64,000 nt of DNA from an uncultured cyanobacterium (GTDB taxonomy: Bacteria; Cyanobacteriota; Cyanobacteriia; PCC-9006; JAAUQQ01), in assembly GCA_963718615.1 (NCBI GenBank), contig OY970368.1, positions 1,088,001 to 1,152,000 of the forward strand. Direction: 5' to 3'. Below, one piece after another: positions 60,732 through 64,000 of the stretch. The translations under genes and the position numbers were made by a program. Every line of letters begins with the position of its first letter. Position 1 is the stretch's first letter. Under the pieces are notes generated by a model. It was not told the DNA's origin. It saw nothing but the letters and a program-made list of their open reading frames with translations, and did no database searches.

Positions 60732-61610
60732 ATGAAATGCGTTATCAACCGTCGCGCCCAGTTTTCCGCCAGCCATCGCTATTGGCTACCGGAACTGAGT
60801 GATGCGGACAACCGGCAGCGGTTTGGAGCTTGTTCCCGTGCTCCCGGCCATGGCCACAACTATGAGCTCTTTGTCTCAATGGAGGGGGATCTCGATGAAT
60901 ATGGCATGGTCCTGAATCTTTCGGATGTGAAACGGGTCATCCAGCAGGAAGTAACAGACCCCTTGGACTTTTCTTATCTAAACGAGGCCTGGCCAGAGTT
61001 TCAGCAGACCCTCCCGACCACTGAGAACGTCGCGCGGGTGATCTGGCAGCGGCTGGCTCCTCACCTGCCGTTGGTGCGCATTCAGCTTTTTGAAAATCAA
61101 GAACTTTGGGCGGAGTATACCGGAAACGACATGGAAGCTTATCTCACGATCAAAACCCACTTCAGTGCGGCGCACCGTTTGGCGAATCCCAATCTGAGTA
61201 TGGAAGAAAACACAGAAATCTATGGCAAATGTGCCCGTCCCCATGGCCATGGCCATAACTACCATTTGGAAGTGACGATTAAGGGCCAAATCGATCCGCG
61301 CACGGGCATGATTGCAGATTTGGTGGACGTCCAAAAAATCATTGACGAGCAGGTTGTCGAACCCTTTGACCACACGTTTTTGAATAAGGACATTCCCTAT
61401 TTTGAGCAGGTCGTGCCGACGGCGGAAAACATTGCTGTTTACATTCGCAGTTTGCTGGCCGCGCCGATGCAGGAAACGGGAGCGCAGTTGTACAAAGTGA
61501 AGCTGATCGAAAGCCCGAACAACTCAGCAGAGGTCTATTGCGAAGACCCGATTGAGCCGGTAGATATGGCCCAGACCAGCGAAATACGGACGTTGGCTCA
61601 GGTTGTGTAG
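60732..61610 (+). CDS. queD: Two-domain 6-carboxytetrahydropterin/6-pyruvoyltetrahydropterin synthase
   Basis: Two repeats of FSAxH...CxRxxGHGHNY...PTxEN. Confidence 0.88.
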   Translation: MKCVINRRAQFSASHRYWLPELSDADNRQRFGACSRAPGHGHNYELFVSMEGDLDEYGMVLNLSDVKRVIQQEVTDPLDFSYLNEAWPEFQQTLPTTENVARVIWQRLAPHLPLVRIQLFENQELWAEYTGNDMEAYLTIKTHFSAAHRLANPNLSMEENTEIYGKCARPHGHGHNYHLEVTIKGQIDPRTGMIADLVDVQKIIDEQVVEPFDHTFLNKDIPYFEQVVPTAENIAVYIRSLLAAPMQETGAQLYKVKLIESPNNSAEVYCEDPIEPVDMAQTSEIRTLAQVV

Positions 61611-61647
61611 TGGTCGACGCTTGATATCTCTACGCTAGTTTTTGGAA

Positions 61648-61675
61648 GCAGCGTTGTCTTAAGGGGCAACGCTGT
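61648..61675. terminator. Bidirectional hairpin between convergent genes
   Basis: GCAGCGTTGTC-ttaagg-GGCAACGCTGT followed by T-run. Confidence 0.6.
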
Positions 61676-61692
61676 TTTCCGGGTAGCTCTGT

Positions 61693-62442
61693 TTAGCCCA
61701 AACGGAGTTTGAGCAATAGCTCCTGCAAGACTGATTCCGCTGTGGTCTCGTTGGGCAGAGAGCTGCGATCGCGTTCAGCCTCGAGTTGGTTCATCAATCG
61801 CTGATATTCTTGCTCATGAAAGGGCACATCGGCATCGCTGAGAACAGACTGCTCAGTCCCTAAACCTTTGCGCTCGATTAAGTCGGCAAGATAGGACAGT
61901 TGAAAGTCTTGATTTAAGGCGATTAAATTTGCTTCAATTGCACCGGTTCGCATCAGATGAATGCCGGTGAGCAAGACTCGATAGGTGTAGAGCAAGGGTT
62001 TGACCCGAGGGGGATTTTCCTTGGCGAATAAACGCCACTGGGTTTGGGCAAAACCGAGGTAGTGGTGGGCGTGATGGCGAGTGATGCAATGCTGGGCGAT
62101 CGCCTTCAGTTCCCCATGTTCAGGGGTTGTATGAATGATTAAGGGCGAGTAGAGTTGCTCTAACACATAGCCATTGCGTTTGAGCAGTAGGCCAAAAAAT
62201 TTCTTGACATCGTGGGTGACCAAATCGAGTTCGAGACCGTCGCAATCGTCTGAAACTTCTAGGGTTTCTGGTCCGGTTTTAAGCCCTATGACATCTTGGA
62301 CGGGGAGAACATGCACGCCACGCAAATCGTAGTCGGAATCGGGAGAGGAAAAACCGTAGAGATGGGAACCGCTCAGGGTTGCGAAGAGGAGGGGATAGGG
62401 TTGGGATTGGGCGATCGCTTGCAGTTTAGGACAATCAAACAT
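61693..62442 (-). CDS. YcgL/RlaP-type (pol-beta superfamily) nucleotidyltransferase
   Basis: SGSHLYGFSSPDSDYDLRG, NGYVLEQLYSP, KPLLYTYRVLLTG. Confidence 0.9.
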   Translation of the reverse strand: MFDCPKLQAIAQSQPYPLLFATLSGSHLYGFSSPDSDYDLRGVHVLPVQDVIGLKTGPETLEVSDDCDGLELDLVTHDVKKFFGLLLKRNGYVLEQLYSPLIIHTTPEHGELKAIAQHCITRHHAHHYLGFAQTQWRLFAKENPPRVKPLLYTYRVLLTGIHLMRTGAIEANLIALNQDFQLSYLADLIERKGLGTEQSVLSDADVPFHEQEYQRLMNQLEAERDRSSLPNETTAESVLQELLLKLRLG

Positions 62443-62519
62443 GTTTGAAGAACTCCTCTAAATATAAGGCGAATAAAAACAATTCAAATAAATGCCAAAC
62501 AAGTCAAGCAAAAGCAAAA

Positions 62520-63287
62520 CTATGCTGACTTAAAAAAACGAATGAGCTCCCTTGCATGATTCAAAAATTCACTGTCCTCCGAGAGCTGAGCAATCCCCTG
62601 TCTTGCTTCTCTGGCCAGCCGGTCGTGGTCACTGGCATTATCCGAGCGCAACCGCTCAATCGCTGTCAAGGTCTGTGCAAGTTCGGACCGCGTCGTTTGA
62701 GCAAACTGCTGATAGTGATAGACCCAAGAATCTTCCTGTTCAGGATTAAGTTGTTGCTCTAGCAATTTCACTATTGCCACGAGCTGATCCAGGCGATCTC
62801 GCAATTCAATCACATCTTTCCGAGGATATTGAAACTCCTGGCGAATCCCTCGCAGCCGCTCCGCTAGATATTCATAGCCTCGAATCGTAGGACGTAATCC
62901 CGTCAATAAAAGCGCCGCACCAGAGCTGAGATAACCGATAACGCTGATGTCAGCGATTGCCAGGCTGTAGAGTACAACAGCCGAAAATAAATGGAGAGCG
63001 ATCGCGACCCAGAGCGATCGCCTGACCAAGACCGTAGCATAGGTCAGTTTTTCAGGGTCAATATCGATGCCTTTTTCCTGAGATTGAGCAGCCTCTGCAA
63101 CGACTTCTCGCGCTTGAAAATGGATATTCCAAGGGACCGTTGTAATCAGTACGAGCCACTCAAAGCTAAGCCCACCAGTGACCCAATCTAGGAAGCTGCC
63201 AACGGGAATTTGAAACCATTGCAAGATGGCAAACAGAAGTAGCAAAAATAGGCCGAAGCCAAGGCTGGATGGTAGAAGGTAAACCAT
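62520..63287 (-). CDS. Hypothetical 4-TM membrane protein with C-terminal coiled coil
   Basis: Hydrophobic helices, TVPWNIHF motif, heptad-rich C-terminus. Confidence 0.8.
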   Translation of the reverse strand: MVYLLPSSLGFGLFLLLLFAILQWFQIPVGSFLDWVTGGLSFEWLVLITTVPWNIHFQAREVVAEAAQSQEKGIDIDPEKLTYATVLVRRSLWVAIALHLFSAVVLYSLAIADISVIGYLSSGAALLLTGLRPTIRGYEYLAERLRGIRQEFQYPRKDVIELRDRLDQLVAIVKLLEQQLNPEQEDSWVYHYQQFAQTTRSELAQTLTAIERLRSDNASDHDRLAREARQGIAQLSEDSEFLNHARELIRFFKSA

Positions 63288-63416
63288 AGAAAAAACCTTT
63301 AGTCTTTTGTAGTTCGATCGTGACTAGGGCTTACTAAATTTTGCGATCCGTTGTGCTAGTTTTCCGACTGGCAGGAGTGAGGGTAGACAACAGTAGGATG
63401 ACGGGACCGTATCTTC

Positions 63417-64000
63417 CTAAACCTGCTCCCGCCTGGCCCAGATCAAAAATGCGTTAGCTTTTTCATAATTAGGACGTTCTGGCAAACGAGTTTGAGCAAA
63501 AGCCTGATCAAATTCAGTATGCAAACTCAACCGCCAAGCATTCACCTCCTGCCAAGGAACTTCATCCTGCTTAATTGCCAATAGATCCGCCCGGTAGTGC
63601 TCAATTCGCACCGGCACAAAGCCCTCTTTGAGCACCGTAATACCCGAGAGCAATAACCGGATCAAATGCATCGCATGTTTCCAACGAATGGTCCCCGTGT
63701 TACGCAAATCCTGCTCCATTTTCTTGAACTGAGACAACACATAGCTGTTATAGGTTTGATACACCAACTGGGATAGAAAGATCTCCCGCATCGACAGCAA
63801 TCGTTCCGCGATCGGCGTGCAGGTTTCTACCAGCGGTGAATACAACACTTCCAGCACATTAGGATTAGCCTTCAAGGCCAAGACCAAGTATTTCTGCAAC
63901 TCCCAATAGCATTCTTCATTGTCTTTGTTTTCGAGTTGCTCAGGCACCCCGTACAGCGACCATTGCAACTCCGCACTGGGCAAATAAATACCGCGACGAT
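63417..64000 (-). CDS. Second YcgL/RlaP-type nucleotidyltransferase (5' end beyond window)
   Basis: Frame enters as RRGIYLP; LALKANPNVLEVLYSP, KHAMHLIRLL, LPERP. Confidence 0.88.
   Translation of the reverse strand, partial: RRGIYLPSAELQWSLYGVPEQLENKDNEECYWELQKYLVLALKANPNVLEVLYSPLVETCTPIAERLLSMREIFLSQLVYQTYNSYVLSQFKKMEQDLRNTGTIRWKHAMHLIRLLLSGITVLKEGFVPVRIEHYRADLLAIKQDEVPWQEVNAWRLSLHTEFDQAFAQTRLPERPNYEKANAFLIWARREQV

Noticed and set aside
60732-61610. Tandem-domain QueD as a novelty
   Set aside because: Two-domain PTPS/QueD is already known in cyanobacteria.
5285-64000. High density of GCGATCGC
   Set aside because: This is the known cyanobacterial HIP1 repeat; used only as a marker of native vs foreign DNA.

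Overview
Cyanobacterial chromosomal DNA (about 55% GC by eye, dense HIP1 GCGATCGC octamers). Positions 1 to ~5290 are the right end of a HIP1-poor mobile region. It holds a broken IS630, an IS21 with a 6-bp target duplication, a short repeated-motif array and two AT-rich secreted-protein genes, and it abuts the orphan 3' end of a PilB/GspE ATPase gene. Most of the rest is ordinary cyanobacterial backbone (thiG, speA, ABC-F, CBS/tRNA nucleotidyltransferase, ftsH, M3 peptidase, ThrC-like + MoaD, rplY, nfi, aroK, two-domain QueD) plus an intact IS1380. The most striking feature is a 7-gene minus-strand operon at 29608-38763: coiled-coil protein, PknG-type kinase (frameshifted before its TPR domain), PP2C, vWA, FHA, GlnX-like 4-TM protein and a periplasmic ligand-binding protein. 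It looks like an actinobacterial-style PknG/GlnX signalling module resident in a cyanobacterium, with the GlnH sensor apparently replaced by a LivJ-type cyanobacterial receptor. Next to it is a deletion scar (cysteine desulfurase fused tail-to-tail with a DUF4058 fragment). The right edge has two RlaP/YcgL-type nucleotidyltransferases flanking a membrane protein. No tRNA, rRNA or CRISPR array was seen. All family assignments come from motif recognition by eye, not database searches.
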